A stretch of DNA of 64,000 bases, taken from sequence record DRR723986_1321; one strand, 5' to 3'. The position numbers and the translations under genes are program-made. This document shows positions 10,108 to 18,866 of the stretch, one piece after another (within the stretch, counting starts at the first letter, position 1; each line of letters opens with the position of its first letter). The notes under the pieces were generated by a model. That model had not been told where the DNA came from and searched no databases. It saw nothing but the letters and a program-made list of their open reading frames with translations.

Positions 10108-11331
10108 GTGTACCAGTTCAGCGATACATCACTGGCCTACCAGGCGCAGCTCACTGCTTTCATGGAAGCGCATATCTACCCGAACGAGGAGCTCCGCGCG
10201 GAGCAACTTGCCGCGGCCGAGAACCGCTTTGCCACCTTGCCGATCATCGAGGAACTGAAGACCAGGGCCCGCGAGGCCGGACTGTGGAACCTGTTCATAC
10301 CGCCGAAGCTGGCCGAGTTCGCCGAGCATGACGGGCTAAGCAATTTCGATTACGCCCCGCTGGCGGAAATCATGGGTCGCGTGCTGTGGTCACCGGAAGT
10401 CTTCAATTGCAATGCGCCCGACACCGGCAACATGGAAGTGTTCATGAAGTACGCCACCCCGGAGCAGCAGGCGCAGTGGCTGACGCCCTTGCTGGCGGGC
10501 GAGATTCGCTCCGCTTACGCGATGACCGAGCCCCAGGTGGCTTCTTCCGATGCGACCAATATCGAACTCAGCATCCGCCAGGACGGCGATGAGTGGGTGC
10601 TTAACGGCCGCAAGTGGTTTATCACTGGCGCCATGTTCGAGCGCACCAAAATCTTTATCGTCATGGGCAAGTCGGACCCGGACAATCCCAATCGCCACAA
10701 GCAGCAAAGCCAGGTGCTGGTGCCTCGCGACGCCCCGGGAGTGACCCTGGTGCGACCGCTGACTACCCTGGGTTATGACGATGCTCCCCAGGGGCACGCC
10801 GAGATGCACTTTGACAATGTACGGGTGCCGCTGGAGAACATCCTGCTGGGCGAGGGTCGTGGCTTTGAAATCGCCCAGGGCAGACTTGGCCCGGGCCGTA
10901 TGCATCACTGTATGCGCCTGATCGGCGCGGCACAGCGCTCACTGGAACTGGCCTGCAAGCGGGTAACCGAGCGCTCCACCTTTGGCCGCAGCCTGGCCCA
11001 GCACCAGTCCGTGCGTGAGGACATGGCAAAATGCTTCGCGGAAATTGAAATGATGCGACTGCTGGTGCTGAAGGCCTGCCACCGTATGGACGAGGTTGGC
11101 GCCCAGGAAGCCCGCGACATGATCGCCGCCGCCAAGATCAGCGTACCGTTGATGGCCCAGACAGTCATCGACCGCTGCATGCAGGTGCACGGCGCGGGTG
11201 GCCTGACCGAAGACTATTGCATGGCGGAAGCCTTCAACTACGCGCGCTGGTGTCGCCAGGCAGACGGTCCGGACCAGGTCCACCAGATGGCCCTCGGCAA
11301 GCAGGTCATCAACCGCTACGCCGAGGACTGA
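10108..11331 (+). CDS. Acyl-CoA dehydrogenase, ACAD10/ACAD11/LvaC-type clade
   Basis: NCNAPDTGNMEV, AMTEPQVASSDATN, GRLGPGRMHHCMRLIG and ADGPDQVH motifs. GTG start after CAGGAG. Confidence 0.85.
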   Translation: MYQFSDTSLAYQAQLTAFMEAHIYPNEELRAEQLAAAENRFATLPIIEELKTRAREAGLWNLFIPPKLAEFAEHDGLSNFDYAPLAEIMGRVLWSPEVFNCNAPDTGNMEVFMKYATPEQQAQWLTPLLAGEIRSAYAMTEPQVASSDATNIELSIRQDGDEWVLNGRKWFITGAMFERTKIFIVMGKSDPDNPNRHKQQSQVLVPRDAPGVTLVRPLTTLGYDDAPQGHAEMHFDNVRVPLENILLGEGRGFEIAQGRLGPGRMHHCMRLIGAAQRSLELACKRVTERSTFGRSLAQHQSVREDMAKCFAEIEMMRLLVLKACHRMDEVGAQEARDMIAAAKISVPLMAQTVIDRCMQVHGAGGLTEDYCMAEAFNYARWCRQADGPDQVHQMALGKQVINRYAED

Positions 11332-11344
11332 GGCAGCAATCGGT

Positions 11345-12868
11345 TCACCGGGGGGCGTCGGTAGCGATGATCTCGATGCCCGCCAGCTTCTCCGCGTAGG
11401 ATTTTTTGCGCTCGATTTCCATGCCGCGCAGAATCTGGATGCGCTGGGCCTGGGGTGAACCTGCCCCGTGCAGGGATTCGGTGAGGTAGCCCACGGCATT
11501 GCGCCCCAGGGTCATATTTTCAATCAGGCGCAACATGCGCACCCGCTTCTCCACCGGAATATCGGGCCTGCCCTGCAGGTACTTCGCCAGCAGCGGCCCG
11601 GTCTCCTCGTGCTCCATATCGGCCTGGGACGGTAAGGTCACCATCAGTCCTCCCGCCAGGTCCTGGGCAAAGCGTGCGATTTCGTAGGGAAAGCGGGTGA
11701 CATTGTGCTTGCACACATTGGCCAGCATCTCGTCGTTCATGTAAATCCCCGAGTCCAGTTGCTGCGCTTCATGGGATGAGGCGATACCCGAGGAATAAAT
11801 CGTTTCGTTCAGGTGCGTCATTTCGACCAGCTTGTCCTTGATGTGGCTGGCCTTATCGGCGCCGTTGTACTCGGCAATCGCTGCCGCGGCACCGACCATC
11901 ACGTCACCCAGGCCGGTCTTACACACGTAGCTGGCGCGGTGATACGCCGTGAAGCGCGCCACCATCGGCTGGGCGAATTCATACTCACCGTCCATCAGTA
12001 CGTGCTCCCAGGGAATGAACACCTCGTCGAACACCACCAGCACTTCCTGACCACCATACCGGGCATTGCCCGCATCGATGTCACCGGGCTCCAGCGCGCG
12101 GGTATCGCAGGACTGGCGTCCATAGATATAGGTAATCCCCTGCGCGTCCGCCGGCACCAACCCTACCACCGCGTAATCCCGGTCCTGCTCCAGCATGTTC
12201 ATGGTGGGCATGACACAGATCCAGTGTGAATTGAGCCCGCCGGTCATGTGCGCCTTCGCGCCCTTGACGTACAAACCCTGCTCCGTGCGCCGGGTCACAT
12301 GCAGGAACATGTCGGGATCATCCTGCTCGTGGGGCCGACGTGCGCGATCGCCCTTGGGGTCGGTCATGCCGGCGCCGATAATCACGTTGTTACGCTGGGC
12401 GTGGCGCATGAACTCAAGGTAACGCTGGTGATACTCGGTGCCGTGCTGCTGGTCGATGTCATAGGTAATCGAGTGCAGGACGCTGATAGTGTCCAGCCCG
12501 GCACAGCGCTGGAAACAGGTGCCCGTGATCTGGCCCATACGGCGCTGCATACGGTTCTTCATCACCAGATCCTGCGGGGAGCCGACGATATGCAGGAAGC
12601 GGTTGACCGGGGCGTCGATCAAGGCCGAGTGCGCAGTGGCCAGCTCGGGGTCCTCAACCGCCAGGTCGTAGCTCGCCTTGAGCGCGTTGATCGAGGGCCT
12701 GATGATCGGGTGATCCACCGGTTCTTCAACTCGCTCACCCAAGAGGTAGACCAGCAGTCCGCGTCCGCGCAGGCTCGCGACATAGTCGTCGCCATCCTTG
12801 ATCGGGCTGAAGCGGCTCCAGCGCTGCGCCGCGGTCTCTTCACGCGAGGTCGGGGTGATGGCATTCAT
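11345..12868 (-). CDS. abfD: 4-hydroxybutyryl-CoA dehydratase / vinylacetyl-CoA isomerase-like (AbfD; HpaB-family fold)
   Basis: TGTCFQRCAGLD (two Cys) and YHRASYVCKTG (His + Cys) match the [4Fe-4S] ligand pattern; also MTDPKGDR, GAKAHMTG and HGAGSPQAQR. Confidence 0.8.
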   Translation of the reverse strand: MNAITPTSREETAAQRWSRFSPIKDGDDYVASLRGRGLLVYLLGERVEEPVDHPIIRPSINALKASYDLAVEDPELATAHSALIDAPVNRFLHIVGSPQDLVMKNRMQRRMGQITGTCFQRCAGLDTISVLHSITYDIDQQHGTEYHQRYLEFMRHAQRNNVIIGAGMTDPKGDRARRPHEQDDPDMFLHVTRRTEQGLYVKGAKAHMTGGLNSHWICVMPTMNMLEQDRDYAVVGLVPADAQGITYIYGRQSCDTRALEPGDIDAGNARYGGQEVLVVFDEVFIPWEHVLMDGEYEFAQPMVARFTAYHRASYVCKTGLGDVMVGAAAAIAEYNGADKASHIKDKLVEMTHLNETIYSSGIASSHEAQQLDSGIYMNDEMLANVCKHNVTRFPYEIARFAQDLAGGLMVTLPSQADMEHEETGPLLAKYLQGRPDIPVEKRVRMLRLIENMTLGRNAVGYLTESLHGAGSPQAQRIQILRGMEIERKKSYAEKLAGIEIIATDAPR

Positions 12869-12972
12869 CGTCGTGTTCCTCTGATCTGGGCTCTCGGGAT
12901 AATAACACCTCGAAAGCGTGCTGCGACGAATGGTAAGCTCTGCACCCCGAAATCGCAGAGCTGAGGCTTTCC

Positions 12973-13839
12973 ATGACCGGCGACTATTCCTGTCTCGAGT
13001 ACGAGCTGCAAGATCACATTCTCACTATCCGGCTGAACCGCCCTGAACGCATGAATGCGTTCACCACACCCATGGCAATGGAGCTGGTATCGCTGCTGGA
13101 CGCCGCCGACGCAGACGATGCCGTGCGGGTGATCGTGGTGACCGGCAACGGCCGCGGCTTTTGTGCCGGCGCCGACCTCGGTGGCGGTGGCAGCACCTTC
13201 GACTACGACACCGGAACGGATGGCAGTGCGGACGCCGCGCCAAGGGACACAGGGGGCCTGGTAAGCCTGCGTATTTTCCAGAGCAAGAAACCCGTTATCG
13301 GCGCGATCAATGGCGCGGCGGTCGGCATTGGCGCCACCATGACCTTGCCCATGGACATTCGGCTGGCCTCGGAGAAGGCCCGCTTCGGTTTTGTTTTCGC
13401 CCGCCGCGGCATCGTACCCGAGGCGGCCTCCAGCTGGTTCCTGCCGCGCGTGGTCGGCATCAGCCAGGCCATGGAATGGTGCCTGCGCGGCCATGTCTTC
13501 GATGCCCAGGAAGCGCTGGCCGGCGGCCTGGTCAAGGCGGTCTACCCCGAGGACGAGCTGTTGCCCGCCGCGTACGCACTGGCCCGGGAGATCGCCGACA
13601 ATGCAGCGCCGGTATCCGTTGCCCTCACCCGCCAGATGCTGTGGCGCATGCTATCGGCCGATCACCCCATGGACGCACACAAGATCGACTCCCGCGGTGT
13701 CTACTATCGCGGCAAGCAGGCTGATGCGAAAGAAGGCGTGGAATCGTTTCTGGAAAAGCGGCCGGCGCGCTTCACCGACAAGCCGAGCACCGACATGCCC
13801 GACTTTTACCCCTGGTGGGAAGAGCCGGAGTATTCCTAG
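12973..13839 (+). CDS. Crotonase / enoyl-CoA hydratase family protein
   Basis: LNRPERMNAF, FCAGADL, KPVIGAINGAAVGIG and GIVPEAASSWFLPR motifs. Confidence 0.9.
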   Translation: MTGDYSCLEYELQDHILTIRLNRPERMNAFTTPMAMELVSLLDAADADDAVRVIVVTGNGRGFCAGADLGGGGSTFDYDTGTDGSADAAPRDTGGLVSLRIFQSKKPVIGAINGAAVGIGATMTLPMDIRLASEKARFGFVFARRGIVPEAASSWFLPRVVGISQAMEWCLRGHVFDAQEALAGGLVKAVYPEDELLPAAYALAREIADNAAPVSVALTRQMLWRMLSADHPMDAHKIDSRGVYYRGKQADAKEGVESFLEKRPARFTDKPSTDMPDFYPWWEEPEYS

Positions 13840-13848
13840 AGTCGACTG

Positions 13849-14847
13849 TCAGAAGCTGAACTGGTCCGGCGTCACCGCGGAGAGGGTTCGCATGGCGCTT
13901 TCCGGGTCGGCGGCAAGCGGCGCGATGATGTGAGTATGAACTCCGCCCTCGGCATCTTCACGCAGGCGCTGCTGCACTTCCTCGGCCGTGCCGATGATAG
14001 CGATTTCGTCCACCAGTTCGTCACTGAGCGCCGCTGCCGTCTTCTCCCTGTCGCGTTGGGCCCAACCCTCACTGACCTGGCTGGCGGCGTCACCGTACCC
14101 GGCCCAGGCCAGGAAGGCGTTATAAACCGGGGTTGCGTAGTAGGGCCCGAAGGCCGCGCGAAACAACTCGCGACCGGCGGCCTTGTCATCGGTGACCAGG
14201 ACCATCGCCCGGTTGACGATTTCCACCTCACGCCAGTCCTTGCCCGCGCGTTCAGCGCCAATTTTCACATGCTCCATCATCTTCGGCAGCGCGCCTTGCG
14301 GCCACAGGTTGAAGATCACTCCGTCACCAACCTCCGCGGCCATTTCGATCATCTTTGAGCGCAGCGCGGCGAGATAAATCGGCGGCGGATTGTCGCAGGG
14401 TGCCTGGCGATAGCCTTTGCTCGACAGCGTCTCCAGGTCGAAGTCGCTCTTTTCACCCTTGAGCATCGAGCGGACCATGATGGCAGTCTCCCGCACGCGG
14501 GTCAGTGGCTGTTCCAGCGGGATGCCATTCCACTGGCCCATGATGGTCTGGCTGGAGGAGCCAAGGCCGAGCACAAAGCGCCCCGGCAAAACCTGGCTGA
14601 TCGCCTCTGCGGTAGCGGCAAGCACCGCCGGGGTCCGGGTGTAGACCGGGGTCACCGCAACACCCAGGCGCATGGACCGGGTGTGATGCGCGAGCGCCGC
14701 TATCGAGGTCAGGCTGTCCGGGGCACCGGCATCGCTGAACCAGCCGTCGGTGATACCGTTGTCCTCGGCCCAGCGAATCAGGGCGGCCGTATGCTCCAGC
14801 CTGGGGCCGCCGGGCAGCGTCACGGCGATGCGCTTGTTATGGCTCAT
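13849..14847 (-). CDS. LLM-class (luciferase-like) flavin-dependent oxidoreductase
   Basis: RLGVAVTPVYTRTP, GRFVLGLGSS and PIYLAAL..KMIEMAAEVGDG motifs. Confidence 0.85.
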   Translation of the reverse strand: MSHNKRIAVTLPGGPRLEHTAALIRWAEDNGITDGWFSDAGAPDSLTSIAALAHHTRSMRLGVAVTPVYTRTPAVLAATAEAISQVLPGRFVLGLGSSSQTIMGQWNGIPLEQPLTRVRETAIMVRSMLKGEKSDFDLETLSSKGYRQAPCDNPPPIYLAALRSKMIEMAAEVGDGVIFNLWPQGALPKMMEHVKIGAERAGKDWREVEIVNRAMVLVTDDKAAGRELFRAAFGPYYATPVYNAFLAWAGYGDAASQVSEGWAQRDREKTAAALSDELVDEIAIIGTAEEVQQRLREDAEGGVHTHIIAPLAADPESAMRTLSAVTPDQFSF

Positions 14848-14870
14848 ACGGTTCTCCCTGTCAGTGCCGG

Positions 14871-16031
14871 TCAGTCCAGCAGGCTACTGTACTCGTCGGT
14901 GAAGATTTCCCGGCCGATCACATACTTCATGATCTCGTTACTGCCAGCCAGGATGCGGTTGATACGCGCCCCGGTAAACATCTCGCTGATCGGATACTCC
15001 GACATATAGCCAGCGCCGCCGTGCAGCTGTACGCCCAGGTCCATCATCTTCCACTCTACTTCGGTGGAGAGCAGCTTCGCCTTGGCCGCCATGTTGGCGT
15101 TAAGCCGACCCTCGTTGTGCTCGTAGACGCAGTGGTCGACATAGGTTTGCACCAGCTCGATCTCGGCATCCATTTCCGCCATCTTGAACTGCGTGTTCTG
15201 CATCGCCGACAGGGGCTTGCCAAATACCTTGCGCTGCATGACAAAGTCCCGGGTGATATCGAACGCCTTGCGCGCGTGGGCGGTCGAGCCGACCCCGACG
15301 ATGAGCCGCTCCTCGGCCAGGCCGTGCATGAGATAGGCGAAGCCCTGTCCCACCTCGCCGAGCACGTTTTCCTTGGGGATGATCACATCGTTGAAAAACA
15401 GTTCCGCTGTGTCCTGGGCGTGGCCACCCATTTTGTCCAGGTTGCGCCCACGTTCGAAGCCGTCCATGCCGCGCTCGACAACAACCAGGGTGACCGCATA
15501 GGGACTGTTCTCAGGATCGTTCTTGGCAGCGACGATTACCACGTCGGCGTTGATACCATTGGAAATATAGGTCTTGGCACCGTTGAGAACGAAATGATCG
15601 CCCTTGTCGACAAGATTACTGCGCATCCCTGACAGGTCGCTGCCCGCATCGGGCTCGGTCATCGCCACCGCGAGAATGGTTTCCCCTGCCACGCAGGAGG
15701 GCAACCAGCGCTGCTTCTGTTCTTCGGTACCCAGCTTTTCAAAATACGGGCCGATAAGGCGGCTGTGCAGGGTGTTACCCCAACCGGCAACGCCGGCGCG
15801 CACCGATTCTTCGATGATGATCTGCTCGTAGCGGAAGTCGTTGTCACCCAGGCCGCCGTATTTCTCTTCCGGCCAGATCATCAGGAAACCCTGCTCCCCG
15901 GCCTTGCGGAAAATGTCCCGGTCCACAATGCCCTGTTCGCTGTAGCGCGCCATGTGAGGCTGCACTTCCGCCTCCAGGAACTTGCGGTAGGACTGGCGAA
16001 ACATCTGCTGTTCTTCGGTGAAAACTCTCAT
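14871..16031 (-). CDS. Acyl-CoA dehydrogenase (LCAD-like)
   Basis: AMTEPDAGSDL, NGAKTYISNG, QDTAELFF, LAEERL and QLHGGAGYM motifs. Confidence 0.9.
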   Translation of the reverse strand: MRVFTEEQQMFRQSYRKFLEAEVQPHMARYSEQGIVDRDIFRKAGEQGFLMIWPEEKYGGLGDNDFRYEQIIIEESVRAGVAGWGNTLHSRLIGPYFEKLGTEEQKQRWLPSCVAGETILAVAMTEPDAGSDLSGMRSNLVDKGDHFVLNGAKTYISNGINADVVIVAAKNDPENSPYAVTLVVVERGMDGFERGRNLDKMGGHAQDTAELFFNDVIIPKENVLGEVGQGFAYLMHGLAEERLIVGVGSTAHARKAFDITRDFVMQRKVFGKPLSAMQNTQFKMAEMDAEIELVQTYVDHCVYEHNEGRLNANMAAKAKLLSTEVEWKMMDLGVQLHGGAGYMSEYPISEMFTGARINRILAGSNEIMKYVIGREIFTDEYSSLLD

Positions 16032-16148
16032 CCGGGGAAACTCCGTTGCGTCTGGTTAATCGCCAGCATAGTGGGATGGATAACGAAGCCGATCAATGAC
16101 CGCGCCGCTTAAAAAAATTGACCCGGCGCGACAGCCCGGCGAGCCGGT

Positions 16149-17426
16149 TCAGCCCCGGCCGCCCTTGATGAAGCCGAACAGGGTTCCGGCGATCTTGCGC
16201 AGCTGGATTTCATCAGAGCCCTCGGTGATCCGGTAGCGGCGGTGATGCCGGTAATGGTGCTCGAACTGCTTGTAGCGGGAGTAGCCAATACCACCGTGAA
16301 CCTGGATTGCCGCGTCCGCCGCATCGCAGGCCAGCTGGTTGGCGCGGTAATTACAGATGGCGACCTTGTCCGACAGCCGCTGGGCGACATCCCGTTTGCT
16401 CATCCCGTCCATTTCCGCCGCCACCTGGAAGGTGAGCGCCTTGATCAGTTCGTAGTCTGCATGAAGCTCGGCCAGCTTGAACTGGATCGACTGATTGACC
16501 GACAGGGGCTTGCCGAAGGTCGTGCGCTGGTTTGCGTAGTCTACCGACTCACTGATGCAGTAACGCGCCGTGCCCAGGCTGGAGGCAGCCTGGCGGATAC
16601 GGTTTTCATGGACAAAATGCTGGGCCACGGCCAGGCCCATGCCCTCTTCCCCGAGAATCGCGTCAGCGGGCAGCCAGACGTCCGTCAGCGATACCCGGGG
16701 ATGGTCGGTAGGCATATTGAAGGTCCACAGCCATTCCTCGATCCGGAACCCGTCACAGCCATTGGGCATGACGAAACAGGTAATACCGCGAGCGCTGCCG
16801 TCCTCGCCCGCGGTGCGAGCGAAGATCAGGATGTGGGAAGCCAGATGAGCGCCGGTGGTCCACATCTTCTCGCCATTGAGACGCCAGCCCGCCACCCCGT
16901 CACGGGTTTCCGCTACCGCGCGGGTTTTCATCCAGGTGGCATCGGACCCGTGCTCCGGCTCGGTCAGACCGAAGCCGACGCCGATAGTGCCGGCGATACT
17001 GCCGGGAATAAAGGCATCCTTCTGCGCCTGGCTGCCAAAGTCGCGGAACGCCAGGGTGGTGGGAAAATTCCCGACGATGCTGTGTTCGTTCTGCAGATCG
17101 CAATGCAGGCCGATGCCCCGGGCCGCGAGGTGCTCACGCACCACCGCCATCTCCAGGTTACTGGCGTCGCCGCCGCCGTACTCCGCCGGCAGCGCGAATC
17201 CAAGGAAGCCGGCTTCTCGCGACAGTTCCCGCGCCTGCCGCAACAGATCCTCCCAATCCTCTGCCGGAAGACCGTCGCGCTCCCAGTCCGTGCGGCTGTA
17301 CTCCCGGCGATGGTCGAAGAACCGCCGGTTGTCGTCCGCGGCCTCCAGGGGCGCCAGCTTCTCATCGATGAACGCGTCGAGGCTCGCCAGGAAGGCGGGA
17401 ATATGGTCGGGAATCAACAGGCTCAT
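16149..17426 (-). CDS. Acyl-CoA dehydrogenase family protein
   Basis: FGLTEPEHGSDA, NGEKMWTTG, QVHGGIGY and RYRITEGSDEIQ motifs; overlaps the upstream gene by 4 bp. Confidence 0.88.
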   Translation of the reverse strand: MSLLIPDHIPAFLASLDAFIDEKLAPLEAADDNRRFFDHRREYSRTDWERDGLPAEDWEDLLRQARELSREAGFLGFALPAEYGGGDASNLEMAVVREHLAARGIGLHCDLQNEHSIVGNFPTTLAFRDFGSQAQKDAFIPGSIAGTIGVGFGLTEPEHGSDATWMKTRAVAETRDGVAGWRLNGEKMWTTGAHLASHILIFARTAGEDGSARGITCFVMPNGCDGFRIEEWLWTFNMPTDHPRVSLTDVWLPADAILGEEGMGLAVAQHFVHENRIRQAASSLGTARYCISESVDYANQRTTFGKPLSVNQSIQFKLAELHADYELIKALTFQVAAEMDGMSKRDVAQRLSDKVAICNYRANQLACDAADAAIQVHGGIGYSRYKQFEHHYRHHRRYRITEGSDEIQLRKIAGTLFGFIKGGRG

Positions 17427-17818
17427 GGCGTGTCCTTACTGTCGTCGCCTGGATACCAGCGCCGGGTGGCGAGCAGGTAGCCGGAATAGCGTGGGTTGTC
17501 TATGGCGATCGCCTGGTACGCGCGGCGCTGGAGGAAGCCCACCAGCTCTGCGTCCGGCGCCACGGTGCCATCACGCAGCGCGCGGGCCAGTTGCGCGGCG
17601 ACCGCACCCTCCCCGGGATCCAGCCCGTAGCGTTCGGCGATCTCGGCGTCCAGCGCCACCAGCTCCTGACCCTGGGCCAGCTCCCGCGCCACAATCGCAA
17701 GGTTATTCGCGGCAACCCGCGTGCTGTAGGCCTGGAAGCCGTCCAGCTCCGGCAGCAGGACCTCGCGCAGAAACGCGCGGGTTGCGGCCAGCAATTCATC
17801 TGCGTCAGTGCCACTCAT
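17423..17818 (-). CDS. DUF6285-like small partner of a phosphotransferase (LvaB-like)
   Basis: 131 aa helical protein with ELLAATRAFLREVLLP, RVAANNLAIVARE and AIDNPRY; sits directly after an APH kinase gene. Confidence 0.7.
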   Translation of the reverse strand: MSGTDADELLAATRAFLREVLLPELDGFQAYSTRVAANNLAIVARELAQGQELVALDAEIAERYGLDPGEGAVAAQLARALRDGTVAPDAELVGFLQRRAYQAIAIDNPRYSGYLLATRRWYPGDDSKDTP

Positions 17819-17819
17819 C

Positions 17820-18842
17820 TCATTGTGCTCCTGTCGCGATCGCCAGCTTGCCTTCCAGCAGCAGCATCAGGTCGATTTCGGATTCTGACAGACGACGCCC
17901 TACCGCCGCCCGCTCCAGCGAGGTGTCGCTGCCGGAGCGATACATGGCCAGCATGGTCAGGCACACCAGGCCCCATCCCAGGGCCGTATAGATTTCCCAG
18001 TACAGCACTTCGTCGAGCTCCGGCGCCCAGCCAGTCACTGACCGGTAACCATCCAGCAGCTGGGTGTAGTCGCCAAAACCGCCAACCGGTTTGTCGACCC
18101 GGCCAAAGCGCCAGACGTTACCGCAGATGTAGCCGAGGTCCTCCACCGGACTGCCGACATGTGCCAGCTCCCAGTCCAGCACCGCGACCAGGCCGCGCTC
18201 GTCCACCAGCAGGTTGCCGTTGCGGAAATCACCGTGCACCAGGCTGGCCTGGCGCTCGGCGGGCTGGTTGTCGCGCAGCCAGTTCAGCGCCAGCTGGTGC
18301 ACCGGGGAGACGTTACCGTACTGATCCAGCAGATCCTGGTTGCGCGCCAGCTGGCCGTCGATAGACAGGGCCGGCAGACCGGGCGGCAATTCTTCCAGCG
18401 GGATGGCGTGTATCCTGGCCAGCGCTTCACCGCACTGGAACGCCAACCGCTCCCGGGCGCTGGCGTACTGTTCATCCCCGAGGATCCTGAAGGGCAGTGC
18501 CTCGCCCTGTTTGCGGGTCATCACATAGCCGCGACCCAGGCCATCTGCGGGTTCAAGTACCCGGATGACCGCGGGCACCGGTACCCGGTTGCGCTGGGCG
18601 ACCGATACCAGGCTTGCCTCGGTTTCCAGGCCGAACTGGCTGACCAGGTCCTCCTCGCTGGCCATGGCGGGCAAGCGGCGCAGGATCAGCGGTCGCGCGT
18701 GGCCATCGGCAACCAGGTCGAAGGACCAGGTCTCCATATTGGCACCACCCGAGAGACGCCGCAGTCCTTCGATCCGGCTGTCGGGCCCTGCTGCCAGCAC
18801 AGCGCACAGCCCGGAGGCCATCTCGTTCAGGACATCACTCAT
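17820..18842 (-). CDS. APH/phosphotransferase family kinase (LvaA-like)
   Basis: RLSGGANMETW, LVHGDFRNGNLL and VLDWELAH kinase motifs; C-terminal ERAAVGRRLSESE. Confidence 0.85.
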   Translation of the reverse strand: MSDVLNEMASGLCAVLAAGPDSRIEGLRRLSGGANMETWSFDLVADGHARPLILRRLPAMASEEDLVSQFGLETEASLVSVAQRNRVPVPAVIRVLEPADGLGRGYVMTRKQGEALPFRILGDEQYASARERLAFQCGEALARIHAIPLEELPPGLPALSIDGQLARNQDLLDQYGNVSPVHQLALNWLRDNQPAERQASLVHGDFRNGNLLVDERGLVAVLDWELAHVGSPVEDLGYICGNVWRFGRVDKPVGGFGDYTQLLDGYRSVTGWAPELDEVLYWEIYTALGWGLVCLTMLAMYRSGSDTSLERAAVGRRLSESEIDLMLLLEGKLAIATGAQ

Positions 18843-18866
18843 GGGGCTGCCCTCTCAGCAAGGCGC

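Noticed and set aside
11345-12868. AbfD as a marker of autotrophic 3HP/4HB or DC/4HB carbon fixation, or as 4-hydroxyphenylacetate hydroxylase
   Set aside because: No carboxylase or other cycle genes are nearby and the context is catabolic; the Fe-S ligand motifs and the absence of an HpaC reductase argue against HpaB.
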